DNA of 64,000 nucleotides. It comes from a virus. A program made the position numbers and the translations under genes. This document shows positions 9,680-19,528 of this stretch, piece by piece (position 1 is the stretch's first letter; every line of letters begins with the position of its first letter). Under the pieces are notes generated by a model that worked only from the letters and a program-made list of their open reading frames with translations, was not told where the DNA came from and searched no databases. Location of the stretch: the IMG/VR virus record IMGVR_UViG_3300031963_012969. One strand, written 5' to 3'.

Positions 9680-10762
9680 TTAATCATTTAGTTTTGTAAA
9701 GTAAAAAGAAGCCATTGGAGATCTTACTTCCCTACCGGATTCATTTACATATTCGTTGTAGTATATTTGTACGTCGTGAACAAACAAATTGATCCCCTGT
9801 TTGTAGGCCATCTTCCATGTAAATGTGCCTATGCCCCTAAGTAAATCAAATAGTTCGTCTGATTTTTTTGTTGCATCTCTCAACATATAATTTGAGTCAT
9901 GGATATTAAAATAATTCATGCCTAGATTAATTTGTTTTTCGATATTCTTTCCTACCCATATCGTGTCTCTTCTTACATTTTTATCTTTGCTTCCTCTTGC
10001 TAAATATATAGACATAAAAAAGCATCCCCCCTTTTTTATTTTTCTTGTCCCGTAAAATATAGACAAAATAGTGTTTATGATGGGACCAGCCCAATAGCCC
10101 ATAAAGTCAGCATAGATAAAATCTACGGGATAAAACCATCTTTCATTATCGCAATTCAATTTTATCGATCTATTTGAATTAATGTATTCCATAAGCTCCC
10201 TCATTAGACCAACATAACATTCGGTCTTAAAGTTATACATGGAATGATTTAATTTATACGATTTTGTTAAAAATTTTTTTAATGTATCGGCGTCCTTAGA
10301 CCCCTCTACCCCTATAAAGCTAAAATTAGCTCCTATTTTTTTGAAGTTTTTAGCTAATTCTTGCTCCCAAATCCATGCATCTGAAGGGAGGGTTATACCA
10401 GTCGTAATTATTTTATTTTTTACGTTGTATCTAATAATCGGTGATAGATATCTGTAGTGGAATTGATCAGTTATTCTTTTTTCAATTCTTGCCGTTTCCC
10501 AGGAACTGGGAAACTCCATCGCTGTAGTAGGGGCATAGATGTGGTCAGTTATTCCAGGCAGATCCTGATCTCCTTGATTTAAACAAAAATCATCAATGGT
10601 ACATAAAGACAAGTCTGACTCAGACAATCTTTCTTCAACCTTGTCATGCCTCTCGGAAGTTAATTCGTTACAAGATTTTTTTACTAATATTGGAACAAAT
10701 CTTTTAGATTTTTTTTTCTTAGGAATATAGCTACGTCTAAGCTTATCAATCAAAGAATTCAT
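9680..10762 (-). CDS. Hypothetical protein, weak resemblance to a SAM-methyltransferase-like fold
   Basis: 360-aa ORF; VDFIYADFMG...KKGGCFFMS pattern only. Confidence 0.55.
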   Translation of the reverse strand: MNSLIDKLRRSYIPKKKKSKRFVPILVKKSCNELTSERHDKVEERLSESDLSLCTIDDFCLNQGDQDLPGITDHIYAPTTAMEFPSSWETARIEKRITDQFHYRYLSPIIRYNVKNKIITTGITLPSDAWIWEQELAKNFKKIGANFSFIGVEGSKDADTLKKFLTKSYKLNHSMYNFKTECYVGLMRELMEYINSNRSIKLNCDNERWFYPVDFIYADFMGYWAGPIINTILSIFYGTRKIKKGGCFFMSIYLARGSKDKNVRRDTIWVGKNIEKQINLGMNYFNIHDSNYMLRDATKKSDELFDLLRGIGTFTWKMAYKQGINLFVHDVQIYYNEYVNESGREVRSPMASFYFTKLND

Positions 10763-11268
10763 GCCTTAGGCAATATACAAATTTTACAATTTTTAATCTT
10801 TGAATTTATTTCTTCCTCTATCATGTTCCAGCTTCCACCATAAATTCCTGAAGCCATTTTGTACGGAAAATATATAAAAAAATCTTTAAATTTTTTAGAG
10901 GCAATGTCCTTAAGTTTATCTATGCAAATTGATATTGCCATTGAATTTGTGTAATTTTTATTGTCTGAATTTTCCATGCAAAATAAATGAGCAATGAATA
11001 CATTTGTATTTACTGGGGTCTTGTCTATAACAACACTACCTAGGGTTCCCCTTAGGAACGAGGACCTATTTTGCAGGTGGGTATTTTTGTATTTATTGCA
11101 CATTGTCTCGTATCCAGTAAAAGCCTCGCTTCCGAATCTTTTTCTGAGCGTAGATGAATATCCACCAATGTGTTTTCCATCAAAATTTAGTGAAACTGGG
11201 TGTGCAATAACCCCCTGTTTAATTTGAGTGATATCTGCAACGATTCTATTTTCTTTTGTCTTTGTCAT
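10759..11268 (-). CDS. Macrodomain (ADP-ribose processing, Appr-1-p-like) protein
   Basis: IVADIT...VIAHPVS...GG..STLRKRF...IAHLF...FPYKMASGIYGGSWNMIEEEI matches phage macrodomain pattern, somewhat degenerate. Confidence 0.7.
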   Translation of the reverse strand: MTKTKENRIVADITQIKQGVIAHPVSLNFDGKHIGGYSSTLRKRFGSEAFTGYETMCNKYKNTHLQNRSSFLRGTLGSVVIDKTPVNTNVFIAHLFCMENSDNKNYTNSMAISICIDKLKDIASKKFKDFFIYFPYKMASGIYGGSWNMIEEEINSKIKNCKICILPKA

Positions 11269-11702
11269 GCTAATTCTGAAAACATTAAGTTTTGTATTCT
11301 TTTTACTATAGTATTTTTACCGTAAAAGGTTATGCTACAGTTACTATGTCTTTGGTTTATCCCCATAGAAACACTTGAGGATATTTTGCCCATAGGGCAA
11401 GCTATTATTAAATTACAGTCTTTATTTATTAATGGACTTAAAAAATTTTTAATTTTATAGGCTGTTTGATTCGTAAACGGTCTATATAGCGGATGGATAG
11501 GGTCGCATTCAAAGCACTCCAAACATATAAGGCAATCTTTATCTATTGTAAAAATGTTACTTATGTTAATAGGAGAAAATATCGAACCACCAGCGCCTTC
11601 TGGGGAGTAAAAAAACACCACCCACGGTTTTACATGGGTGGTGTTTATCACGTTCTTGACCGTATTACTCATACTTGCATAACAAGTTGAGTGTATATTC
11701 AT
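11265..11702 (-). CDS. Degenerate protein-tyrosine/dual-specificity phosphatase-like protein
   Basis: PFTNQTAYKIKNFL...LIIACPMGKISSS resembles the CxxGxSRS P-loop but lacks the Arg. Confidence 0.45.
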   Translation of the reverse strand: MNIHSTCYASMSNTVKNVINTTHVKPWVVFFYSPEGAGGSIFSPINISNIFTIDKDCLICLECFECDPIHPLYRPFTNQTAYKIKNFLSPLINKDCNLIIACPMGKISSSVSMGINQRHSNCSITFYGKNTIVKRIQNLMFSELA

Positions 11703-11703
11703 A

Positions 11704-12669
11704 TTATAATCTCTTTTTTGTTACTGGGTCATGGGTCAAAATAATGCCAGTGGAATTGTGGTCCTTGGGCCACCTTACTACGTAGCAATTTTTAGCAATA
11801 GGTGAATTACATGATTCAGTTTTCCTTGTAGAGAAAACATAAGCAATTAAACCTGAGGAAGTGTGTGTCATGACATCTTCCATGTCTATATATCCATTAA
11901 CCCAGGTAATCTTTCCGTCTTTGCAACATTCTTCTTCATCTTCGGAGTCAACATTGCAATTATTTTTATTTTGCTCGTATGTATTGATATCTTCCTCTTC
12001 ATCGTCGTATTCATCTGATTCTCCGGTATATGGATAATCATAACCAAGAGAGTCAAATAGCTCAGTAAGTATCTGATCTCTATCAATACAGGAATTATTA
12101 CCTATTTCGTCTGCCCAATATTCGTTTATTGCGTCAGCCAAAACTTTCTTTGGATCGCTGCATTTTTCATTTAGTAATGATTGCCAAGCTGGAAGCATAG
12201 ATGCGTGTAAATCCTGCGCTGCATCTTTGCATCCAATAAGTAATGCATGTGGATATTTATTAGCAAGATTTGCGACGTCTTTGTCAAAATCTCCTGTATA
12301 AGCCTCTGTATCAGTAGAGTTTTGAGTAGTTGGTTTACAGCTCAAAACATCTACAGAACTAGATGAATCGATATTACATGATCTATATTCAAGTGGTGGA
12401 ATATACATATCATCTGGAGAATATACTCCAATATTGAACACACTGTTCAATATGGTGTCCTGCCATAGCAGATCTTGATTTATCAAAATCTTTTTGCAGG
12501 AAAGGTCATTAACAATTTGTTTCATGTCATTGTCATCAAGCAAATAAAAAACATCTTTAAATTTTTTATTGCAGATAGTATCCATCGACAAAACGATATG
12601 GTTATATTTTGTTTTGAGTATGGAATATATAATTTGATCGATAATCCAATGTTTAATATTTGTTTTCAT
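11704..12669 (-). CDS. Hypothetical acidic protein
   Basis: 321-aa ORF, translationally coupled to the JAB gene. Confidence 0.75.
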   Translation of the reverse strand: MKTNIKHWIIDQIIYSILKTKYNHIVLSMDTICNKKFKDVFYLLDDNDMKQIVNDLSCKKILINQDLLWQDTILNSVFNIGVYSPDDMYIPPLEYRSCNIDSSSSVDVLSCKPTTQNSTDTEAYTGDFDKDVANLANKYPHALLIGCKDAAQDLHASMLPAWQSLLNEKCSDPKKVLADAINEYWADEIGNNSCIDRDQILTELFDSLGYDYPYTGESDEYDDEEEDINTYEQNKNNCNVDSEDEEECCKDGKITWVNGYIDMEDVMTHTSSGLIAYVFSTRKTESCNSPIAKNCYVVRWPKDHNSTGIILTHDPVTKKRL

Positions 12670-13862
12670 TATAGTACTTGTAGTATTTGTGATGTTTTGT
12701 GTTTTTGCGTTGCTTCTGCCATTCTCTCTTGTACCCAGTCTTGTATTTCTAAGCCAAGAGAATATCCATACATTTTGTATACAGATAAAATATTTATATC
12801 TATGTCATTAAATAAGTTTATATAACTTTCAGACATAACTTGTTCAGGTCTGCTAAGTAATATTTCTGATAGCTCTGCTTGTGATACCTTATGGAGTAAA
12901 CAAATTTTGTTTACCAATCTCTCAAGGTCTTGTCTATCACCAATCCTGTAGGTCGAAGAATTTGGTATACAGTCTTGAACTTTGTGTCTGTTGTTTTTTT
13001 TTGAACTTTTTTTGTAGCTCTTGTTTAATGAATCAAACATCATTAATTGTTTAGAGTGAAAATTAGAATAATCATAATCATCGTCTTTCAAAAAGCTTGT
13101 TTTTGTGACTACTTTTTCCTCTTCTATTCTATTCTTCATCCATCCGTTGACGAGTTCATGGTCTACAAGTTCTTCTGAGTTTTCTGACACAACAAAATTA
13201 AATATAATTTTCTTTAGCTCTTCCGAATTTGTAGAACCATAAATATCCTCTGGAACACTCACAAAGTTTTGCATATCAACGGGCATAAAAAACTTTTTAG
13301 CTTTAGATACAACAATTTCGTTTCCTTGTTCATCTTGAGATATTACACCTGGCACAATTACAGTAAATCTTTGGGCTATATCAATGTTAGCTTGATCTAG
13401 CTTTCCTATCGTAATATGAACCCCAGGGCAGCCTGCTTCGTCATTTTTGTCTGTTCCAGACTGAAATGCTGACGCATAGACATGGCTATGGATAGTTCCG
13501 TACTGGTAGTATTTCCCGTTCTCAATTACTTCATTCATCTGTTCTTGAAATCCTGGACTGTCGCACAACTCTTTTGTGGTCATTCCAGTATTTGCTTTCT
13601 GCGGAAAAGCATGAGCTTTCCACTGATTGTCTACGTCAGAGTAAAACAAACGAACCTGTGCTTCTGAATTTTCTTTTTTAGCTACTGTCTTAAAAAAGAA
13701 ATTAATTGTCCTCCAAAGAGAAAGACTAATCTTACCAATATTAACCTTAGCCTTTGGTTCATCTTTTAGTTCCGTATATTCTACGGGAAAAAACCCCGTT
13801 ACTTTATCATTTATTTGTTTTTCTACTAAGGGCGTGCCCTTGTGTATATATAGTTTTTTCAT
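12669..13862 (-). CDS. Prokaryotic JAB/JAMM metallopeptidase (deubiquitinase-like)
   Basis: E(AQVRLFY)...GTIHSHVYASAFQSGTDKNDE (E...HxH-x7-SxxD), then GVHITIGKL. Confidence 0.88.
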   Translation of the reverse strand: MKKLYIHKGTPLVEKQINDKVTGFFPVEYTELKDEPKAKVNIGKISLSLWRTINFFFKTVAKKENSEAQVRLFYSDVDNQWKAHAFPQKANTGMTTKELCDSPGFQEQMNEVIENGKYYQYGTIHSHVYASAFQSGTDKNDEAGCPGVHITIGKLDQANIDIAQRFTVIVPGVISQDEQGNEIVVSKAKKFFMPVDMQNFVSVPEDIYGSTNSEELKKIIFNFVVSENSEELVDHELVNGWMKNRIEEEKVVTKTSFLKDDDYDYSNFHSKQLMMFDSLNKSYKKSSKKNNRHKVQDCIPNSSTYRIGDRQDLERLVNKICLLHKVSQAELSEILLSRPEQVMSESYINLFNDIDINILSVYKMYGYSLGLEIQDWVQERMAEATQKHKTSQILQVL

Positions 13863-13863
13863 T

Positions 13864-15594
13864 TTATAATACTGTTATTTTGTTTATTTGTGCTTCCGTT
13901 TTTTCCTCGTTGTTCAAGGTGTCTGAGGTTATTTTAGCCAAATCTTTATTCTGTTTGATTTCTTTAACCCAATTTTTATTCTTATTGGCAGTACCAATAT
14001 ATTTTATAAATTTAGATACAGCTTTTTCGCCAAGTTCTTTAATTTGAATCGGTACATCATAGGATGTATCCATCTCGACACTGTATTTACAGATCTCTGT
14101 CTTGGTAACGCCTAAGTTCACCTTAACATTAACGGAAGTGGTTCTATTTTTTACATGCTTATGGTTTATCCTCAAGTATGAATACATATTTGAACTCAAC
14201 CACGTATCATCAGACATACCTACTCCTATATCGCTTTGCAGACTACGAACGATTCTTTGCGAACCACGGCTAGTGGAACTTGGAAAAGTGTAGCCAAAAT
14301 CCATCAAGTGACCTATTTCTTGATTGATACCGAAGTCTTGAAAACTGCAATATTCTCTGACGTCTTGATCATTTTTCTTAATAATATTGACGATGTAATC
14401 CGCTTTAATACCAAGCTCCCAGAATAGCGGTGTATTATTCTTGCAAGCTTTAAACGCCTCTTTTCTGGCGAAAAACATGCTCGCCCCAGAATACTGGACT
14501 ACGGTAAAATAATTCCTTCTAGCTTTTGTGATAGCATCCACTAAATTATCAAATTTCTTGAATTGCTTTATGTTGGTGTTATGGAATATTCTTACCTTTA
14601 GTTGATCAAAAATTGATGAATCAAAATTTTTAATCAGCATCGACATAGTATTGGAGCTAATAGAATTTCGTGAAGCCCCACACGCTGCAGATGAATCAGA
14701 TTTAATTGATTTTATATTGCTTATCGCAATTCTTATTGCATCATCTTTGATCATCTTTGCAATAGTTTTGTGTAGGTATTGTTCACGCTGAGAACAGCTA
14801 AAAATTACTTCATCATTTGCTATTCCGTGTTCATCGATCTCCCTAAAATTGATTTTGACGTTACCCCTTGGAAACGCTTTAGGCATTTCATATTCACAAA
14901 TACATGTAACCCATTTATTGTTATGCTTAAACCAGAACACAGACCCACTGGGTAGTATAAATAACCCAATATCTGAGTTTGAGACTAGATAAGATGAGAA
15001 AAAAATATCAGACAAATCAAAATCAATAAAATTAAAGTAATTTGATGAGTAGTGGGTGGGTCTACAGCTCTTTGTTTCAACCGCAGAGTGAGTTACATTA
15101 TTATATCTATCTTCTGAAGGTGGAGTTGTGCTTATATACTGCCCCTTCTTAATTCGACATGATTTATAGTTTATCTGCCTTGTTTCAGAAAACACAGTAT
15201 ACTGAATGAATGAGAAGTTTCGTACCAAACTCCATAAAGCATCTATAGCTCTGTCATGATAGAATCCACATGGCTTTAAAGTATCATAAAAATTATAATG
15301 AATTTGGTGATGAAATGGATCGCCAAAAAAATCTGGCATCAACCATGTTTTTGAATTAGACAGGTCTTGAGGCCTGTGCTGTAATCCAATTGCTCCATAC
15401 ACCATAGGAGTCAATAATGTTTTTGTTAGCCTAGCTGAATAATCCATGTAGCTAGAAATAGCTTGTCTATCTGTAGTTCTGTGCCTATTAACATGATTTA
15501 CCGTAGAATTATATAATTGATTTCTCCACATTTGACCACCCGCATACGGTCCGTATGCAAATGATTCAGCCATAATAGTTGGTTGTGCGCTCAT
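13864..15594 (-). CDS. Large hypothetical protein within the ubiquitin-like cassette
   Basis: 576-aa ORF tightly packed between E1 and JAB. Confidence 0.8.
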   Translation of the reverse strand: MSAQPTIMAESFAYGPYAGGQMWRNQLYNSTVNHVNRHRTTDRQAISSYMDYSARLTKTLLTPMVYGAIGLQHRPQDLSNSKTWLMPDFFGDPFHHQIHYNFYDTLKPCGFYHDRAIDALWSLVRNFSFIQYTVFSETRQINYKSCRIKKGQYISTTPPSEDRYNNVTHSAVETKSCRPTHYSSNYFNFIDFDLSDIFFSSYLVSNSDIGLFILPSGSVFWFKHNNKWVTCICEYEMPKAFPRGNVKINFREIDEHGIANDEVIFSCSQREQYLHKTIAKMIKDDAIRIAISNIKSIKSDSSAACGASRNSISSNTMSMLIKNFDSSIFDQLKVRIFHNTNIKQFKKFDNLVDAITKARRNYFTVVQYSGASMFFARKEAFKACKNNTPLFWELGIKADYIVNIIKKNDQDVREYCSFQDFGINQEIGHLMDFGYTFPSSTSRGSQRIVRSLQSDIGVGMSDDTWLSSNMYSYLRINHKHVKNRTTSVNVKVNLGVTKTEICKYSVEMDTSYDVPIQIKELGEKAVSKFIKYIGTANKNKNWVKEIKQNKDLAKITSDTLNNEEKTEAQINKITVL

Positions 15595-15595
15595 T

Positions 15596-16318
15596 TTATT
15601 TTAAGTTTTCTACTGCAATTGTAGTATATCTGCATGAATTGTTCATAAACTCAATTGGCCAAATCTCATAAGTTTCTTCTTTAGACATTTTTTTGCTTTC
15701 TGTGGCCCAAAAATTCCACATAAACAACGCATGAGTAGCGGCCATTTGGTTTGCTATTGCTGTTTGAGGTACTTCATTAAGCTTTGCTTCTGTATCGCAC
15801 CCAGCAGCCCTTACTGGGCTTCCAGTATCTATTGTTAATATTTCTGGGAACCTAATTCTTGGGTCCATGCTTCCGCCCTTCATCTTACTGTTATAGTAAT
15901 AGGAGTGACTGCTTATTGAAGAATTTGCCGAAAATATAGCTTCGCACGAAAAAATATCTATCACAGATAGAATATCTTTTCTAGCGGGGTGATTGTCGAC
16001 AAAACAAAATATAAAAGATTTTTCCTCAACAAATAAAGAGTCGGTAATATAGTTTGTTTGTGACTCTATATTTAAACTTGGATACTGACTGGAATAATGT
16101 TCTGCCAATACTTCTGATTTATATGCATCAATGATTGAGTTGGATTCACTGTTTTGGTGAAAATTCTGCCTCAATAGATTTTTCTGCTCTACAATGTCTC
16201 CATCAATCAATGTTGTGGTACTATTTAAAAAGCGTTTGTCGTGATTTATTGTCTTAAAAAATGCAGGCAAAAAGTAAGTGCATACTCCCCCGCATCCGAT
16301 TATGTAGAAGTTTTTCAT
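15596..16318 (-). CDS. ThiF/E1-like adenylating enzyme
   Basis: IIGCGG, LIDGDIVEQKNLLRQNF, YKSEVLA, CFVDNHPAR, candidate catalytic Cys in AAGC, AN..AA. Confidence 0.9.
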   Translation of the reverse strand: MKNFYIIGCGGVCTYFLPAFFKTINHDKRFLNSTTTLIDGDIVEQKNLLRQNFHQNSESNSIIDAYKSEVLAEHYSSQYPSLNIESQTNYITDSLFVEEKSFIFCFVDNHPARKDILSVIDIFSCEAIFSANSSISSHSYYYNSKMKGGSMDPRIRFPEILTIDTGSPVRAAGCDTEAKLNEVPQTAIANQMAATHALFMWNFWATESKKMSKEETYEIWPIEFMNNSCRYTTIAVENLK

Positions 16319-16324
16319 TTTATA

Positions 16325-16360
16325 AAAAAAACAGGGGGACTATATAGATATAGCCCCCCC
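16325..16360 (-). terminator. Terminator-like hairpin
   Basis: GGGGG-a-CTATAT-ag-ATATAG-CCCCC followed by a U-run on the minus strand. Confidence 0.55.
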
Positions 16361-16377
16361 ATTTTTATTTGTTTTTG

Positions 16378-16725
16378 TTATACTAATTTTTTGAACAAAG
16401 AATTTAATTGTTCGTCCGTTGTGTCGGCTATATCAACTTTCTTGTTCTGGTTGTAAAACTCAAGGGATTCACTTTTTAAGTGTCCAGATAGAATCCGGCT
16501 AAAAAATAATTCTCTTGTTGCCTCGTCGGGAATTGGTGTCTCTTCGGCCTCCTCGTCTTGATTGTCAATATTTTCTACGCGAGGCTTAGGAAACCAAGCA
16601 TACAGTTGTCTGTAAACGGAAAGGCATTTATTTAGAGCAAGAACTCTAGGCTCCATGTCTCCATGCACCGCTATTGGTGGAACCTTAAGTGTAGGTGCCC
16701 TTAGTAATTGTTGGTATAAATTCAT
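16378..16725 (-). CDS. Hypothetical protein within the ubiquitin-like cassette
   Basis: 115-aa ORF between E2 and E1. Confidence 0.7.
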   Translation of the reverse strand: MNLYQQLLRAPTLKVPPIAVHGDMEPRVLALNKCLSVYRQLYAWFPKPRVENIDNQDEEAEETPIPDEATRELFFSRILSGHLKSESLEFYNQNKKVDIADTTDEQLNSLFKKLV

Positions 16726-16731
16726 TTTTAA

Positions 16732-17598
16732 TTAAATATAAAAAATCTTGCAGGACGTAATTTGATCGCAAACATTTTTGTCATCAAGTGGAAGCCCATC
16801 TATATAGTAATTACCAACCCTAGAGTTAACTAAAGTCTGTACTGGTCTAACCGATGGTAAACACATCTTGTTTTCATCCCACCTAAACAATTGATTAGAT
16901 ATACCTTGTCGATCAATGGTGTCTTGCGCAAGGTCTCCATTCATCTTGCTTTCAAAGAACCACGTAATATCACTTTGAACAATGTCATGTATATCCAGCT
17001 CTTTTTCTGCAAAGGAGGCATTATGCCTATGCCCCATGCAAACACGACAATCTTTATATATGTTGGTGATCGGAGGCAAAAAATTACCTGATGTAATTTT
17101 TTCTTTGCGGTTATAAATATTGAACACAAGAAACACAGAAGTTTGCTGATTTGTAAGATCTACGTTCACTGCAATTACTGGCCTCAATTCAAAGTCTTGA
17201 TTAAGGCAGTTGGTAGCATCTACATCCCACCACAGGCGTTCTGAGATCATATCACCCGAAACAGCGTCTCCATAAACTCTTTCATAGCAAGGAGTATAAC
17301 CAAGTTTTCCTGGAGATACTTCAGATATCCTAAAATTTGAATCAAAAGGTAAGCCTGGCAAAAAACTCCAAAAAATACATGTGTTTTTAGAGGTAAGAGA
17401 AAAGTTAAAAGCAACTTTTTTAGGTTGATTGAGTAGATAACTGGCGGCACTAGTTGGCATTAAAAAACTATCATACCTAAATATAGTCCTAAAATCCCTG
17501 TTATTCATTTTAGACAGAACCTCGTCTGGATTTATTATGACTTGAGGGTCATACCTAACTATCATTCCGTCTTCTGTTATACCAAAGAATGGTTTCAT
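16732..17598 (-). CDS. Prokaryotic E2 family D-like protein (PRTRC protein B-like)
   Basis: LPPITNIYKDCRVCMG matches the P..N.Y.D..[IV]C.G signature; FFESKMNGDL follows; context beside Ubl and E1. Confidence 0.72.
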   Translation of the reverse strand: MKPFFGITEDGMIVRYDPQVIINPDEVLSKMNNRDFRTIFRYDSFLMPTSAASYLLNQPKKVAFNFSLTSKNTCIFWSFLPGLPFDSNFRISEVSPGKLGYTPCYERVYGDAVSGDMISERLWWDVDATNCLNQDFELRPVIAVNVDLTNQQTSVFLVFNIYNRKEKITSGNFLPPITNIYKDCRVCMGHRHNASFAEKELDIHDIVQSDITWFFESKMNGDLAQDTIDRQGISNQLFRWDENKMCLPSVRPVQTLVNSRVGNYYIDGLPLDDKNVCDQITSCKIFYI

Positions 17599-17626
17599 AT
17601 TTTTTTATTTTTTTATTTTTTTAACT

Positions 17627-17660
17627 AAAAAAGCACTAGCCCCCTAATGGGGGCTAGTGC
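17627..17660 (-). terminator. Rho-independent terminator after the Ubl gene
   Basis: GCACTAGCCCCC-taat-GGGGGCTAGTGC with a U-run on the minus strand. Confidence 0.8.
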
Positions 17661-17769
17661 CCAATTTATATAAACAAACTGCAACTGAATACAAATAAAA
17701 GAAATAGCAACAACCAAATTGCCATCCTATATGTTCCTCAGGGGATACAAATAAATAAAAATAAATATA

Positions 17770-17997
17770 TTAGGCTGCTTTTTCGTGCGCCTTATGTTGG
17801 ACAGAGACCCAATCCCCATCATTAAGGACGGTTTGATCTGGTGCTGCAACACCGTTTACGATAAAGGCGACTGGTCCTTGTTCGTCCCAGCCCATTCTAG
17901 CTCCCAACACCTTGTTCCCCTTAATGCAGGAGAGAGTGGATCCAGTTGGGAATTCGGCAATGTTTTCTTGTCCACCGAAGGTAACTTTAACTTTCAT
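17770..17997 (-). CDS. Ubiquitin-like (ThiS/MoaD beta-grasp) protein
   Basis: 75 aa; MKVKVTFG...GSTL...FIVNG...LNDGDWVSV; ends KAHEKAA. Confidence 0.78.
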   Translation of the reverse strand: MKVKVTFGGQENIAEFPTGSTLSCIKGNKVLGARMGWDEQGPVAFIVNGVAAPDQTVLNDGDWVSVQHKAHEKAA

Positions 17998-18089
17998 ATT
18001 ATTCTGTTTTTGTTTATTTGTCGCAATAAACTAAGCGAGACTTTTTACTTTGGTACGCCTAAACCAATCGTATCATTAGTGAAAACGAA

Positions 18090-18161
18090 AAACGCCCCAG
18101 TTTTTATTTGGGGCGCATTTCGTCCTACTAAGTTAAAATAAGGGGCGGTTTCCCGCCCCCC
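18090..18161 (-). terminator. Two GC-rich hairpins (CGCCCCA/TGGGGCG and GGGGCGG/CCGCCCC)
   Basis: Inverted repeats upstream of the Ubl gene; the first has a U-run on the minus strand. Confidence 0.55.
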
Positions 18162-18166
18162 ATTTA

Positions 18167-18421
18167 TTAAACAAAGCTTATATTTTGAGAAAATTTATAT
18201 AATATTTTACTTTTTGTGTAACTTTTAATTTCCTCTTCTTTTAGTCTTGTTTTATGGGTAGCAAAATATCCAATCATCTTCCTTTGCTTTGGTGGGAAGC
18301 GATTAATAGTTGATGTAGCCCCATTAATACCAGTAACTATTGCAACTGGAGTATAACTATTTTTTTTACCTAAAACATTTCTTTTATAAACTAGATAACG
18401 TAGTTTATCCTTGGATATCAT
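18167..18421 (-). CDS. Hypothetical basic protein
   Basis: 84-aa ORF in a packed run. Confidence 0.6.
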   Translation of the reverse strand: MISKDKLRYLVYKRNVLGKKNSYTPVAIVTGINGATSTINRFPPKQRKMIGYFATHKTRLKEEEIKSYTKSKILYKFSQNISFV

Positions 18422-18872
18422 TTTGCTGAGAAATATTAAAGTTAATTGTCTTTATTATAATTCCTGGTTCCTTGGTTAAAATTTTGAGTGGGTTGTCGTC
18501 AAGATTTGAAGTCTTAAGTCTTTCAAAGCAATCAGTAAATCTATGTATCTTATTTTTCTTGCGTTTTTTTTCGGCATTGTAAGATACAGCCGTTTTAGTT
18601 AATTCATTAATTGTTTCGTTGTGATTGGCGGTTTCAGCAACCATAACTGTATACGCAAACAGTTGTTCTGAGTTTACAGCGTCCAAAGCTTCTTGTGCGC
18701 CCACCAATATAGTCACAGGATATTTTTCTGGTTTAGGTGGAGTTTCATCAACTCCCTGGTTTTGGTGTTCTCTAACATACTGATTAATATTCTGTATGAT
18801 AGAGTTCTTGGTGTTGTCGTCCACTTGGGATGTCTCTATAATTCTGTGTATTTCCTGGAGTGTTAATTTCAT
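18405..18872 (-). CDS. Hypothetical protein
   Basis: 155-aa ORF. Confidence 0.75.
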   Translation of the reverse strand: MKLTLQEIHRIIETSQVDDNTKNSIIQNINQYVREHQNQGVDETPPKPEKYPVTILVGAQEALDAVNSEQLFAYTVMVAETANHNETINELTKTAVSYNAEKKRKKNKIHRFTDCFERLKTSNLDDNPLKILTKEPGIIIKTINFNISQQNDIQG

Positions 18873-19068
18873 ATTGTGATCTGTATATTATTTCTTCTGT
18901 TTTATTTATGGCTTTTATTGACATCTTTCTGCAAGACTCCCTATCATTATTGTAGGTGCCGTCTGGGCGTATTGGACAAGATATTATTCTTAGTGTGTCC
19001 ATGCATATGTGAATCCCTTCAGTCAAGTTTTTAACTTCTTGAATTAGTTCTTCCTTAGATTTTTCCAT
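18784..19068 (-). CDS. Hypothetical protein
   Basis: 94-aa ORF. Confidence 0.6.
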   Translation of the reverse strand: MEKSKEELIQEVKNLTEGIHICMDTLRIISCPIRPDGTYNNDRESCRKMSIKAINKTEEIIYRSQYEINTPGNTQNYRDIPSGRQHQELYHTEY

Positions 19069-19073
19069 TTTAT

Positions 19074-19286
19074 TTAAAACGTGAGGTCGCCTTCTTCATT
19101 GGTAAAATTATCATTAGACCAAATTGGCATTCCTGTACTTGAGAGGGCAGGAAAATGCTTTAGACAACTAGACGCTTCTTTTTTAAGTTTTTCTAGTTTC
19201 TTTGATTTTGTTTGCATGAGAGAAACATCAATCAAAAATTTTTTTGTTCTATTCAGGCTTGAATATTGCTCATATCTTAGGCTCAT
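19074..19286 (-). CDS. Hypothetical protein
   Basis: 70-aa ORF, ATGA-coupled. Confidence 0.65.
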   Translation of the reverse strand: MSLRYEQYSSLNRTKKFLIDVSLMQTKSKKLEKLKKEASSCLKHFPALSSTGMPIWSNDNFTNEEGDLTF

Positions 19287-19528
19287 AGCTTGGCGTCATT
19301 GCGTGTTTCCAAGACATCTCTAATCTCGTATAGAACGGCAGTAAGTGCCGTAGAATTAAAATCCATTGTCTGAGAGCGTACGCACTCGGCAATTAACTCC
19401 GGATGTTTCTCAGCGTAACCCTCGCCTAGTTGTTTATCGATCTCAGTAATAGCCTGGGATAGATATGTTCCAATTGTTGCTCCAGCTTGGAAAACTGCAT
19501 CTGTATCGTTTATTGTTGGTTTGTTCAT
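19283..19528 (-). CDS. Hypothetical protein
   Basis: 81-aa ORF (IDKQLGEGYAEKHPELIA). Confidence 0.7.
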   Translation of the reverse strand: MNKPTINDTDAVFQAGATIGTYLSQAITEIDKQLGEGYAEKHPELIAECVRSQTMDFNSTALTAVLYEIRDVLETRNDAKL

